A program made the translations under genes and the position numbers. This document shows, in pieces, positions 26,546 to 38,608 of a stretch of DNA of 64,000 bases. Source of the stretch: Macrostomum hystrix (lineage: Eukaryota; Animalia; Platyhelminthes); the NCBI GenBank assembly GCA_950097015.1, contig CATNEN010000038.1:19592001-19656000 (forward strand), written 5' to 3'. Every line of letters starts with the position of its first letter. Within the stretch, counting starts at the first letter, position 1. Under the pieces are notes generated by a model. It was given only the letters and a program-made list of their open reading frames with translations. It was not told where the DNA came from and ran no database searches.

Positions 26546-27139
26546 ACTTACTTACTTACTTACTTTGCAGGGGGGCCTGGGGCACCTGACGCACAAACAC
26601 AGGAACGGCATGCCCCCAGGCCGGCGAACTAGGCGAGAGCCGCCCATCGCGCCGCCTCCCCTGAGCAGGCACCTCACACACACAGCAGCAAGCCAAGCGG
26701 GGAAGGGGGCGGCAGCCGGAGTGCCTCTCACCCCAGGCCCGCACACGCACAGAGCAGACCAAGCCGGGGGCGGAAGGCTGATAGAAATCAGTCCTCAGGG
26801 GGGGGGGCGGGTGACGAGTGTACACTTTATCCAATCGCGCTGACGGAAATCCAGATGAGCGCGCGGCGGTGTACACCCGCCCCCCAGCCACCCCCCGCAA
26901 GGTCTAACGCCCCAGCGCCAACTCACACAACTCATACACGCAGAACAGGCACACAGAAGGTAGGAGCGAAGCTATTTTTCAAGCTTTGATTGCACGAAAT
27001 ATGGTGCACCTCCGCCGGTCGCTACTGTCCAAACCCCCCCAACAAGTACCGAAATTAATCGTGACTTGAAGGGTGAATCGAACTAGCGTCCTTTGGAGTG
27101 CGAGGCAGCGACGTTAGCCGCTGACCCCTCTCGCCCCCC
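26546..27139 (-). mobile_element. SINE-C, full-length ~594 bp with (TAAG)n tail
   Basis: 13-bp TSD actgttgatcctt at 26533-45 and 27140-52; minus-strand tRNA-like head with B box gttcgatt. Confidence 0.85.
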
Positions 27140-27169
27140 ACTGTTGATCCTTGCTTTTAGCCTTGTTTT

Positions 27170-27635
27170 CGAGACTCGAGGTCAGGCTGAGTTGTTTCCA
27201 AGAAACTAGCGCCTCATCTACAAGACTCAAGGTCAAGCTGAGTTGTTTCTAAGAAACTAAAGCCTCATCTACGAGACTCAAGGTCAGGCTGAGTTGTTTC
27301 TAAGAAACTAAAGCCTCATCTACGAGACTCAGGGTCAAGCTGAGTTGTTTCTAAGAAACTAAAGCCTCATCTACGAGACTCAAGGTCGGGCTGAGTTGTT
27401 TCTAAGAAACTAAAGCCTCATCTACGAGACTCAAGGTCAGGCTGAGTTGTTTCTAAGAAACTAAAGCCTCATCTACGAGACTCAGGGTCAAGCTGAGTTG
27501 TTTCTAAGAAACTAAAGCCTCATCTACGAGACTCAAGGTCGGGCTGAGTTGTTTCTGGGAAACTAGAGCCTCATCTACGAGACTCATCTACGAGACTCGA
27601 GGTCAATCTGAGTTGTTTCTAAGAAACTAAAGCCT
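27170..27635. repeat. 51-bp tandem repeat x~9 with internal palindrome gtttctaagaaac
   Basis: Direct periodicity (gagact at 27273, 27324...). Confidence 0.9.
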
Positions 27636-28627
27636 TGACAGAGCGTCTAACGAGTTTGCCTGGTTCCTGAGCTCGATACCGCGGCGAGGCCACATTCATT
27701 TAGGATGCAATCGCAGTGAGAAGGCTTGGTGGTCCAGTCGTGCAATTGAGAGCCAACCTCCAAGCAGGGACCACTAGGAGTAGAAGGACGGGAAACTACG
27801 TTCTTAGAAAAAATTAAGGCTGTTTTCTGTGTATCTGTATTAACTGTTATTATTATTATTTATTAATAAGTTATTATTAATACACAGTTATTATTAATTA
27901 ACTGTGTATCTGTATCAGATAAGATTACCTGCTTTAAATCGGTTTCAAAGCTAGTTTTCTAAAGCTTGCTGGCTGTTTGTACTTTGCATTCGCGTAAATC
28001 AAAGGCGGCGTTAATGTCTCGCCGTGGAGTTTTTTCACAGTCGTGTTGGGTTTTTGTTGGGTTTTTTTAGTATAAAAGCAATTCTAGTTTGTTGTTTTTT
28101 ATTAAGTAAGTTTTTTCAATATTGTTCCCTGTAATTGCTTTTTAGTTAAATTTTGTCCAGGTAACAATGTTGAAATACTTTAACTTCGAAGCATAGTTTC
28201 GTTTGGAGAAAAATTAACTTAAAAAACTTTTTTAATCAAAAGAATTTTTATGATTTGATTTTGCTCAAGCATCTCTTCCTGTTGTTAACATCCGTTTTGC
28301 GCGAGAATCTCAGAAAAAAGAAAAAAACACATGATTATCCGATATTAAATCTATGCGAAATCTATTTATATTTAAGATTATAAAACGATTTCATTTTGTA
28401 CTTTTATCATGATGTTTAAATCTGTAGTGAACTATTCGTTTTTTATTTCGATTGTCGCTACTCTCCATTTAAGTAGCATATTGCGCGATTGATAATTAAT
28501 TTCAAGTAAAATTTTCCATACGTAAAATTATAACTATTTTTGATTTAACTATATTCTCCATTTTACGACTAGAAATTGACTTCATAGATAAATAGCAATG
28601 GGCAATGGCATATAATTTATTGGCTGT

Positions 28628-28870
28628 GGACACGCAGCCAGCGAGGAGGCAATTCTGCCCATTTCGCTGACTCCTGAGCACACACGCACACAGATACTGT
28701 ACGCAGGCACACACTTTCACCGGTGTGTACATCTGCCCTGACTTTCTCATCGTCAGGCAGTGTACACTCTCAATGTGCCTTGGAGGTTGGCCCTTAATTA
28801 CCGCCAAATGAATGTGGTCTCGCCGCGGAATCGAGCTAAGGGACCTTGGTGCGAGAGGCAAACGCGTTGG
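28628..28870 (-). mobile_element. SINE-A copy (internally deleted)
   Basis: Reverse complement of the 30020 element. Confidence 0.85.
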
Positions 28871-28930
28871 ACCATTCGCATCTGAATTCCAAGCACTGGT
28901 GATGCTATTATACTGCTATACTATAGTTGT

Positions 28931-29150
28931 GGGGGGTTTAGCCTAGTGGTTAGAGCTTCGGACTCACGACTTGAAGGTCGGGGGTTCGAATCTCAACTCC
29001 ACTTCAACAATTGGTATCCTTTAGCAAGGCACCAGGATTTTTAATTGGTACCAGCATCATCTGGGATAATTGAGGGTGGGTGTGGCGTCCTCCCAGTCCA
29101 TGGACTGAACATGGCTGTGTTTTGTTATAATTGATTACTGATTATTATTA
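28931..29150 (+). mobile_element. SINE-B copy (deleted)
   Basis: tagcctagtggttagagc...gttcgaatc...ccagtccatggactgaac. Confidence 0.8.
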
Positions 29151-29212
29151 ATCGTACTAATCGGATTATTTTGTTATTAATACTCGAATATTATTATAAT
29201 TCTACCCCTCAG

Positions 29213-29960
29213 GAGCTCGCTAACCTTGACGCCGCAGCCGACAGTCAGGAGGTGCTCTGGCAGATGGCCTGGCAAAGCTGGATCCGTATCGCCCAGCAGG
29301 GCACCCAGCCCAGGCCAGGCCCGCCACCAATGGTGCCGTCTCAAGACTTCCTCACCAGCCTATGCCGCCTGCTGCCCTGCCTGTTCAATCGGGTAGCAAC
29401 TATCTTTGCCCAGTCGGATTTCGCCCAGCTGTCTGCCGGCCTCAGCCAGGCTCTCGTCTGTCCAATCCTGTCCGACTCACGGGCGCCTTACATTTTGCCT
29501 ACTAATTATTTTGATAGCGGCCTCACACCGCTTCAGGAGGCGGTCATCGCCGCCCTGGAGACCCTGGCCAGGGCCTTCCTTCTGGGGCCGGAGAGTCTGC
29601 GTTCTCAGCTGCCCAGCCTGTTCAGCTTGTTGGCTGTCTATGCTAATTACGCGGTTCATACTCCCAGGCCTTCAAAACTGCCAGCCAATGCCGATGGCGC
29701 CACCGGCAGACCCGAAGCTTTCGTCTCGTTGAGCTACGTGGCATTCGGCGAGCGTTGCTTCGAGCTGATGGTGGATCTCTACAAAGACTGCGCCAGTCAA
29801 CCCGTTGTTGTGCGGGCAGCCGTTCTGGAAGGCATGTACAAAGCCCTGCGACAGCCGCTATACATCAAGTACAACTGTCCGTCGCATACTACCTGGCGGC
29901 TGGCCTACAAATGTCTGACTAGTCTGATTGTGTGCGGCACTCCGGTTGCTAGGCAACACG
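29213..29960 (+). CDS. MON2: MON2 exon F
   Basis: ctcAG 29211-12, GTgagc 29961 (phase 1); PSQDFLT, LTPLQEAV, SYVAFGER, PLYIKYNCPSHTTWRLA. Confidence 0.92.
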
Positions 29961-30019
29961 GTGAGCGCAAATCATTTGGTACTTGGTTCTTAGGTTGGAC
30001 TCAACCTTGATTGTATATA

Positions 30020-30392
30020 GGGGAGTCGGTGGCAGAGCGGTTAACGCGTTTGCCTCTCGCACCAAGGTCCCTAAGTTCGATTCCGCGGCGAGGCCACATT
30101 TATTTGGGGCGCAGCCGCGGAGAGAGGGCTTGGGGGCTTGTCGTGCACTTTACGCCCTTGAGGGCCAACCTCCAAGGCACAGTGAGAGTGTACACTGCCT
30201 GACGATGAGAAAGTCAGGGCAGGTGCACACATCTGTGTGAGCGTGTGCCTGCGTACAGTATCTGTGTGTGTGTGGGCTCAGGAGTCAGCGAAATGGGCAG
30301 AGTTGCCGCCTCGCTGGCTGCGGGTCCAGTGTCACTAAATGATGTGCCATTGCCCGCAGCCCTCCTGCAGTTATTATTATTATTATTATTAT
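30020..30392 (+). mobile_element. SINE-A, full-length tRNA-derived SINE with (TTA)n tail
   Basis: A box tggcagagcgg, B box gttcgattcc; at least 8 related copies or fragments in window. Confidence 0.9.
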
Positions 30393-30566
30393 TGGCTGTA
30401 TCATTGGGTATCATTTCTATTTATCCCATTTAATGCACTTCTAAGTCACTTCCAAGTCTATAGTATTTGATTTTCGATTGAATACCTTAATTGGTGTCAA
30501 TTTATTACTATACAGTATTTGATTTTGTCAATACAAATAACTGATCTACTTTACCGCTAGTCACAG

Positions 30567-30740
30567 TCGACCCGTCGGTAGGCGCAGCGAATTTAGCGTC
30601 ATCATCATCATCACCAGTAGCAGCAGCAGCAGCAGCAGTATCTGGGACTAGCTCAGCCGCCACTGCCGCTGTCAAAGCCGGTGTCACCAGCTGGCACCAT
30701 CAGTTACGCAGTCAATTATTTAAGCGCTCGCCAGCAGAGA
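30567..30740 (+). CDS. MON2: Candidate frame-preserving cassette exon of MON2 (58 codons, Ser/Ala-rich)
   Basis: tcacAG acceptor, GTgcgt donor, 174 nt, phase 1/1 matching flanking exons, no stop in that frame. Confidence 0.6.
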
Positions 30741-31014
30741 GTGCGTGTTTCGACTCTTGACTTGCCAGCGCTTGACTATTGCTGGTTATTTTCTCCTAAA
30801 CCGGTTTTTGACATCTAGTTTAATTTAATGAATGCTTTGGAATTTTTATTTTAGACTAGAATAATTAGCCAAAGATTCATACATTTCATGGTGTCAGCAG
30901 TCGGTGTCTACTTTTCTCTGCTCAGATTGCATGCGAAAAAATGTGAACTTAAAAATGTGAGACTTTAGTTCCTAATTCCTAATTATCCATACCCCTCTGA
31001 ACACAATTTAACAG

Positions 31015-31727
31015 CCGACCACTTCTCGGGCATGTGGGACGCACTGGCGCAGGCAATCGAAGATTTCCTATTCGCGCCGCACAAATATCCACCCGGACTC
31101 ACTGTTGAAGACTTTGAGGAGCACGAGGCATTGGACTGCGCCCTGGTCACCCTGGTGCGCGAAACGTTCCTGTCGCGACCAGACGGCGTTCCGGCCCAGT
31201 TTGTGGATCGCATGATCGCCCTGCTAAACCGAGGCAGTATTCACAGTGTGCCAGTTAGCGCAGCGGCCAGCGATCTGGAGTTGCACCGCTGGCTAAGAGA
31301 GGAACTGGCTCAGCTGTGCTTCCACACCCTGCTGTCGTATTCATTCTCTGCTGAGGCCAGTGCTGGCGGCAGCGGTGGGATCGGAGAGGCACGCGGCGCT
31401 GTTTCGCGGGCCGCTGTGCGCACCATTCTGACTCGATGCCGCGATGTTCTCTGCAAATTTGTCGAGGATCAACGCCTTTCTGGTCACTGCCCGCTGCCCA
31501 GAGCTCGCCTAACCGAGGTCGGCTTATCCTTGAAGGCTCTCTCCTCGCTGCTGACTGCATTCAAAGCCGCACCCCAGGAGCGCGTTGATCCTCAAGCTTG
31601 GCGCATCCTGTTAGACACCTATCCAGCCGTGGTGGAGGCTGTACTGCCGAATTGTACCAACTTTTTGAAGCCTCTTAAAGAGCTTCTGCATCTGTACGCT
31701 GATCTGTTGCGAGTGCCGCAGCCTTGA
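31015..31727 (+). CDS. MON2: MON2 terminal coding exon G
   Basis: acAG 31013-14 in phase 1; LLNRGSIHS, LREELAQLCFHTLLSYSF, RLSGHCPLPR; TGA 31725-27. Confidence 0.93.
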
Positions 31728-33001
31728 AGAGCCAACCCCAGAAATGGGCTACTTTTGATGAAAAATTGCAAACAAAGACTATTTGCGCTTATCCGCATTC
31801 CATTGATCAATATTCTGCGCTGGATTCCTGTATTGTTTACGAGTTTAATCAATATTTTTTTAATTACAACTAGCTCCCTACACTCCGTTCAGTTAGTGGA
31901 GAATGCATGTACACCCAGTGTGTTGTGAAGAATGTGTACACGTCGTTTTCTAAGAAAATTCTTTTTCTGTAGTATCAATTTGAGAATTAGAAAGGAAGCT
32001 GATGAAATTAAAAGTGTTGTTATTAAGCTCAAAAATTCTATTCAGTTTTAAAGAAAAAAATTTTCTTATATGATAAATATATATTGGTTGAAGTCATAAG
32101 ACACCTTAACCTTTTATTTACCTTGTAGAAATCAGGTCAAAGGTTTCATCTTTGCTTTGAGCTACTAGAATCTGAAAATAACGTGGCATGTTCTACTTTC
32201 TACTACTCACTCCGTTTTTTTACTAAGTATTATGTTGGTCAATTGTCAGTAAATATGTTCTCTTACAAAATAACTAATTCCCTTTTATTTTCTCGCTTTT
32301 TAATTAGGCGAAGAGTTTGGCATCAGAAATCTCCATATTTGATAAACATACTACAGAATGCTTCATCTAATAATATGTTACATGCATTAATCATATTGCC
32401 AAACAGTCTATGCAACAAACTGTAGGTTGAAGGTATGTATTCATTTTTTAAATGGTTTAAAATGCACTATAAAATTCTTCACAAAAAGCATTCTAACCAA
32501 GTGAAAGTTTTCTGTGTTGTTAATACGATTTGAAATTTTTTCACTTTGCACTACTTTATTGATACCCGTTACAATATTGTGGTGATTGATCAATTTATAT
32601 GCTGACTCTCGATGCACAGCCAAAATATATATTATAAATATACTTAGCTACATAAAAGTACATAGTCGTGATTGTTTCTTATGCAACCTCACGCTCAGTG
32701 ATATCGCCTAGAAAGTTTAACTTGTTTAGCTGACATTTTCAAAAAATTTAATCACCAGATTTTCACCTTGTGTTCTCTATTTACTACTCAATATTTTGTG
32801 TAGTCGTAACCGTCGAATGGGGTGATTTCGAAAAGCTACTAAATCTTTATGTTTATGCCGATTTTTATCGTGTTTCCTATGAAATCTTTCAAATTGGGTG
32901 GGTTTTCTTACTAGAGCTGTCAAATTTATTGCATTTAATTCAAGAGCTTTGGAAACGTGAACATATTGTTTAAGTTCGTTTACATTTAGTTGCCTGGTAA
33001 G

Positions 33002-33216
33002 TCACTCGTTGGACTCTTCCGACGAGAATTCCATCACAATGGCGGCACTAGTTGTGTTCCAAATTGCCGCCTCCTGGGGTGGGCAGAAGTTCAGATTACT
33101 CTCCGGATATTCAATCCAAAAGAAGCCGTTTCTTATCACGCTAAACAGGTAATCAACAGTTCGGTCTAGCTCATTATACAGCCCGATGTTGTAATCCAAG
33201 GTGAAGGCAAGTGTAT
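33002..33216 (-). CDS. Orphan gene X, last coding exon
   Basis: ttccAG acceptor, phase 1 joins exon 2 (T+AT); YTLAFTLDYNIGLY...EESNE*. Confidence 0.7.
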
Positions 33217-33227
33217 CTGGAATTTTA

Positions 33228-33545
33228 GGGGTAGACAGTCATCTCGGGTGGTAGCGAGATTTTTTAATTGGACCGCTAGGGCAGACAGTCATCTGGGGTG
33301 GTTGCCAGCTAGTTTAATTGGGCCGCGGGGGTAGACAGTCATCTGGGGTGGTTGCCAGCTAGTTTAATTGGACCGCCGGGGCAGACAGTCATCTGGGGTG
33401 GTTGCGAGCTTGTTTGATTGGACCGCGGGGGTAGACAGTCATCTGGGGTGGTTGCCAGCTTGTTTAATTGGACCGCGGGGGTAGGCAGTCATCTGGGGTG
33501 GTTGCCAGCTAGTTTAATTGGACCGGGGGGTAGAGAGCCATCAGG
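33228..33545. repeat. ~51-bp tandem repeat x6 filling most of an intron of gene X
   Basis: ggggYagacagtcatctggggtggttgccagctagtttaattggaccgc periodicity. Confidence 0.88.
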
Positions 33546-33601
33546 TGGGTGCCATGCTCTTGTCCTCAGCTTAAACCTCACTCAACCAAAACCGCTCTCA
33601 C

Positions 33602-33824
33602 AGCTTTCAGTATCGTATTGAATGTTAAAGACTCGCAGTGCAGCTGTCAGGTAGCTGTTGGCAATCTGTCTCTCCACGCTCAGCCTGAATCTGGCCAGTA
33701 CGCAGTCGGGCTCATCCTCTGTCCACTCAAGCTCGTTGTGCAACAGGTCGCTGTTGAATTTGACTGCCAGCGTGACAACTAGGCCGCCCCTGCTCAGCGC
33801 CAGAAGTTTCTGCTCTTCCGCGAT
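33602..33824 (-). CDS. Orphan gene X, middle coding exon (not in ORF track)
   Basis: tttttcAG acceptor, GTgaga donor, open frame IAEEQKLLALSRGGLVVTLAVKF...FNIQYDTES. Confidence 0.7.
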
Positions 33825-34039
33825 CTGAAAAAGTGCAAAAAACTGAGTTTTTTCTAAACAGTCGAAGATTGCTAGTTTTGTTTGATTTCTCTAAGCTTGC
33901 CACTCGGGTAAAATCTTAGAATGAATTTTGGTGTTGGCGCTTCGGAATGCCTAACATACAGCTCCGAAGATTTAACCTTAGTTCAGTGGAAACACTTTGT
34001 CCTTAAGCAAGAACCTTATGAGCAGAGGTTGTAGAAGTT

Positions 34040-34346
34040 GTAGCCTTGTGGTTAGAGCGTTGGACTCACGGCTTGAAGGTCGGGGGTTCGATTCCTGACT
34101 CCACTGGAACAATATGTGTCCTTTAGCAAGTTCAGTAACTCTACACTGGTTCAGTTCAGCCAGCTGTTAAATGGGTACCAGCATTAGCTGGGATAATTGA
34201 AGGTGGTTGTGGCGTCGATCCCCCCAGTCCATGGACTGAACTGCCGTACGCATGCCTTCAGATGCGCCGCGCAATAGCTGCGGCTGTGCTGTCGGCTGCA
34301 CATCTGGCCCAATCAGGCAGGTGTAAGCACTTTTTATTTATTATTA
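34040..34346 (+). mobile_element. SINE-B copy
   Basis: Homologous to 25544-25840. Confidence 0.85.
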
Positions 34347-34535
34347 AGAACCTTAGTAAAAATAACATCTTATAATTTTTGTCGTTAAATATTACTTGAG
34401 TTACTTAATATTACTTACTTAAACAGTGAAAAAGTTAGGGCAGATGTACGCATCCTTAGTGAGTGTGTTCTTAGGGGTAAGACACAAGGACACGCGGCGT
34501 CAGATGAACTTATTATAGTATCAAGCAGTGCTCAC

Positions 34536-34892
34536 TGTGAATCTCAGCTGAGCCGAAATCTGAGTCGCTGAAGCCTCTCTGTTTTGTTCGTCATCACTAA
34601 TCGACTGTTGGCTGCAGCAGCAGCAGCTGGCAGTGCTGGAAGAGCTGGAAGTCTTGTTCCTCAGATCAGGCAACTTGCCAGCAACTTGCCAAGCCCTACC
34701 AGACACTGAAACTCCACCGCCCGCACCCGCTGCGATGGTTGCCAGTCCTCGGACGCTGTCTTCAATGTGCAGCAGCTGCTGCTGCTCCTGCTGCTGCAGC
34801 CGGCCAATGGAGCCGGCGAGGTCAACAAATACGTGGTGATTAGCGCGGTGACTGGCGATGGCGTGCAGGTCATGGTTAATCAGCTTGAACAT
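34536..34892 (-). CDS. Orphan gene X, first coding exon; joined protein ~264 aa
   Basis: ATG 34892, GTgagc donor in phase 0; Gln/Ser/Cys low-complexity coding-like sequence. Confidence 0.65.
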
Positions 34893-35779
34893 TGTAGATT
34901 GAGTGTTTTCACTTTTTAGGAGTTTGTTAGGTCCTATCAGTTAGATTTCTACTTTGACAGAAACGTATACATGCATTGGCATTTTCAAAGGGAACAGCTT
35001 GTGCCATAGAATGAGTGTGAGCGATTTCTGAAAGCTCTAAAACTCCAACATCTTATCAGCCATTCGCCAAAACTGGTAAGAAAAGATTTGTTAACTTTTT
35101 TTTATAAATAAAAGCATCAGCAATTTTTAATAACGGTCTTCCATGATCGCAATTGCCGGCTCACTATGTACATAGATCTCATATACCTAGATGGGCCACT
35201 CACCCATCAGACCACGCGTTTTTCACTTTGCCGCAGTAGACACTATTTTAAACTCGAAGTGAAGCAGTTATTCTATTGCGTATGTTCCACTGGTACAGAT
35301 GGGTGTCTGATGACAGAAACCAGCAATGTAGGCATAACTTTTCTGCTCACAATTGAGGAGTTGGGTTTTTCTCACACAAAAACTTTCCTCCTAACTTCTA
35401 GATTTAATCGAATCTAGGTAACTAGGTCCCCTTAAGAAATGTGCTAGTCCTACACTTGCAGCGGCTTACTGCCACGCGCGGTTATCTCAATATAACCACT
35501 TCCCGACGGGCGATTGTTCCCCGTGAACAATTATTCGGCCTTCGGTCTCCGAAATTAATTCGCGAGGACCGGGTAATCTCCGAGTTCCTCCGGTAGTTCC
35601 TCGAAATTCGGGATAACTTTTAAAATCCCCGCTAACTGTATGGAGAGGAGGAGCGCTTCAATACAGCAGACACTTAGTTGAGCAGGCTTTACTAAGTGTG
35701 CCTACAATTAAAATAACTAACACAACACAAAAGGGTTCCTGATATATTTATTGCCTGTAGGCCGGGACAGTCGACTTAC

Positions 35780-35877
35780 GTGAAGTCGAAGACTCCTCTT
35801 GTAGGTCGCTGGAGACGCCGGTCGGACCCGCTGATCTGGACCTGATTTTCCGTGACTCCAGCGCATGTGTATTTATA
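35780..35877 (-). promoter_or_regulatory. TATA box plus candidate non-coding first exon of gene X
   Basis: Minus-strand TATAAA 35872-77, TCAG initiator-like site ~33 nt downstream, GTAAGT donor at 35779. Confidence 0.5.
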
Positions 35878-36729
35878 GTCTTTCAAAAGTTGTTACATTG
35901 TATGGTGCAATCGCGTGATGGATCCATGCTGGTTCTGGTTGACCTACTGACAGTTTGACATTTTCTACTAAAGAAGCGGAAGCTAGAGGGGTGGCTACTT
36001 GACGGATTAACTAAAGGTGTGATTTCATCATTGAGTCATTCTATTTCCGTCGGTCTATTTTTGGTTCTTACCATAATGACGTTGTTGCGCATGCTTGTGT
36101 ATAGCGTTGCTAAGATACCGTATCTATTGTCGTAAGCGTTTTACTATATTCGCATTGACGATGCTCTATTTCCTACTATTGAAGCGCGAGAAGTAGTAAA
36201 ATATGTATCTGAATTTGTAATGTTAAATATCGCAATTTTGGACTTTCACGAAAATCAGTCATTTGTTTTGGGAGCTATCGTAAAGTATGGGCGGTGGTCT
36301 ATAGCGTGGTCTCTGTTAGGAGTTTACCTGATATCTACCTGATAGGAGTTTGGCTATTTCTGATAGCAAATCTATAGCCTTACTAAACTAGCATGTATAG
36401 GGCTGTATGGCTGAAGCTAGCGAAAAATCAATAAACTCCTGATCTCTCAAAACCCCCCTATTCCAGTCTTGCCAATAGCTCTCGTTAATTCCAGCATGTG
36501 CACAATACGAGTTTAGCTAGCCAAAGCCAGTGCCGAGACTACACTCACTACCTATTATTGTGCCCATTGCGCAGCGACACTCCTTGAAACCCGGATCAAT
36601 AGTATAGCCTCTCTGAGCCTGTTGAGTCTATTTGCGCTATTTAAACCAGCCCTCTGGCCTGTTCTACTCCGTATAGACAGGATATGAAACACTCCTAGAT
36701 TGGATCTTCTCCCCTATAGTCTGAAGAAA

Positions 36730-37011
36730 ATGCCACATCCTTCCCTACTGGCTGTGCTGCTCCTGGGCCTAGCTACAGCGGAAATCAGCACCGCAGTGGC
36801 CCCAAACCTGACAGAGTTCAACAAATCCTGCTCAGCTGTTGACAATCTGCTCATAAATCGTGTCTGCTCCGGCGTACCAAACGAGACTCTGAGAATCTTC
36901 GGTGAGGATTTCGGCGTTCACTATGTGCGCGGCAAGACCAAGTCGAGAGTGTTTGTCGGCCTCATTCTGAGCAGATGCCAGCCTGGAGAATACTGCGTCC
37001 ACCTAGCACAG
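36730..37011 (+). CDS. Orphan gene Y (Cys-rich type I membrane protein) exon 1 with signal peptide
   Basis: MPHPSLLAVLLLGLATA signal peptide, N-glycosylation sequons NLT/NKS/NET, GTgagt donor 37012. Confidence 0.8.
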
Positions 37012-37425
37012 GTGAGTATTGGCAAGTTTCCTATCAATTTAGAGAGCGCTAACCATCTGGCTTTGATTTCTTATCAATTAGGTCCGTTTTTATAAGAATA
37101 AGTGATCTTATCTTCTTTAGCGCTCGAGTATGAAAGCTTCATAAAAATAATTTTGAGGGCATCATTTTGGTCGACAGTTGGCCAACAGCCAGCGAGGATA
37201 CAGTTCTGTTCATCCATCACACAGTACATTCAAATAGGAAATAGGTACATCTATCTGCCCAGCCCAGATCTCACCTTCTGACAGTGTCCACTGTCACTGC
37301 GCCTTAAAGACATTGGGGATTGCGAGACCAAATGAATGTAATATCGCCGCGAAAACTGTTTCTACCCGAACAAAGATTCAAACTTCAGATCTGTCTGTTA
37401 TTAATAGTTTTGACAAAAGACAAAT

Positions 37426-37603
37426 GGGTGTTTCAAATACCCATTGCCTACTTCACAATAGCTCCCAAACCAAATGACTGATTTCCGTGAAAGTCCATGA
37501 TATGGAGCAAAATTTTCCGATCTTTACTATGAATAAACTTTCATTGCCGTCCGACCTCAGCATCGTTGAGATATTCAGTGATTCGGTGACAAGGACAACA
37601 AAC
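37426..37603 (+). mobile_element. Dispersed repeat family D copy
   Basis: Homologous to 16778-17000 (-) and 57688-57870. Confidence 0.7.
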
Positions 37604-37683
37604 GAAGGCTAGTTATAGGCTAGTTAACTAACCATAGGCTAGTTAACCTAATCCAGTCTTCCCAAATTTTCAAAACAAATCAG

Positions 37684-38028
37684 TCGGAGCCATCCGAACT
37701 GGAAGATAGACTCCTGCTGAGCTGGCGAGACGATCGCATTCGCTCGAATCTCTGCGGCCTGCGGCCCTGCTTAGGCGGCCTGCCGCCGTGTCCAAAGTCG
37801 CCAACAGATCTGGAGCGTCGGCTGACGTTCGACGCCGTCGGGTTGCTGTGCGGCCTGACTGCCCTGCAGCAAGCCGGTGGCCCGGTGCCCTACTGCCTGG
37901 AGGGAGCGCTGGACTTGCTGCAGTACGCCTACGCCGACGCTGCTAGGGAGAGCAGCCACACTTCCGCTAGGGAAGTCTGCGACTGCGTTGGGCAGCCGGG
38001 CGTGCCCTGTCCACCAAGGTGTCGCCAG
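37684..38028 (+). CDS. Gene Y exon 2
   Basis: tcAG 37682-83, open GC-rich Cys-rich frame SEPSELEDR...CPPRCRQ, GT 38029. Confidence 0.75.
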
Positions 38029-38099
38029 GTCTGTGCCAGTCCGCTAAAACCTTTCATTTCTACCGGAATAAGAAATTATTTTGAATTTTAGTTTGGCTG

Positions 38100-38270
38100 T
38101 TGTGCACACTCACGCATTTGTGCATCTGCCCTGACTGTCTCATGGTCAGACAGTGAACACTATCGCTGGTCCTTGGGTTGGTCGACCCTCAAGGGCACAA
38201 GCCCCCATGAAGACTCCGCGATGGTGCCCCAGAATGAGTGTGGCCTCGCCGCGGTTTCGAGCTCAGGAAT
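38100..38270 (-). mobile_element. Diverged SINE-A copy
   Basis: Reverse complement similarity to SINE-A body. Confidence 0.65.
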
Positions 38271-38347
38271 AAGCTACAACCTCGTCGAAGAAAGAAGTTT
38301 ACAATACACATGTGATGCTTAAACGCTTAGAAAACAATTCATTCCAG

Positions 38348-38412
38348 ATGATCTACAAGCTCAACTGTCTCTTCAGCCAGTGCCGGACACACGAGAGGAA
38401 CCATATAGTGAG
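38348..38412 (+). CDS. Gene Y exon 3
   Basis: ttccAG acceptor, GTaatc donor, phase 0/2; MIYKLNCLFSQCRTHERNHIV. Confidence 0.65.
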
Positions 38413-38496
38413 GTAATCACTTGAGTTACCTGTTGGGTAGTTATCAAGTCTCAAGCAAGGTTCACAGCTGTTTAAGCTAAGAAAATATACTTCCAG

Positions 38497-38608
38497 TTTC
38501 CCAGCTTGGCATTGGTACTTCGCTAACGGTGAAGCACTTAAAGCTAAGTACAATGTGACCTTCTGCGAGCGACCAATCGAGACCGCCGCTGCAGCTGATG
38601 GCAATAGG
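38497..38608 (+). CDS. Gene Y exon 4
   Basis: ttccAG acceptor, GTgagg donor, phase 2/0; FPAWHWYFANGEALKAKYNVTFCERP. Confidence 0.65.

Noticed and set aside
30020-30090. tRNA genes at SINE heads (also 25544, 28931, 34040)
   Set aside because: A/B boxes only; no complete cloverleaf; each continues into a repeated SINE body and tail.
30193-30225. Hammerhead-like CUGACGA-UGA-GAAA-GUC in SINE-A
   Set aside because: No helix II or III possible; better explained as a ctgac/gtcag hairpin.
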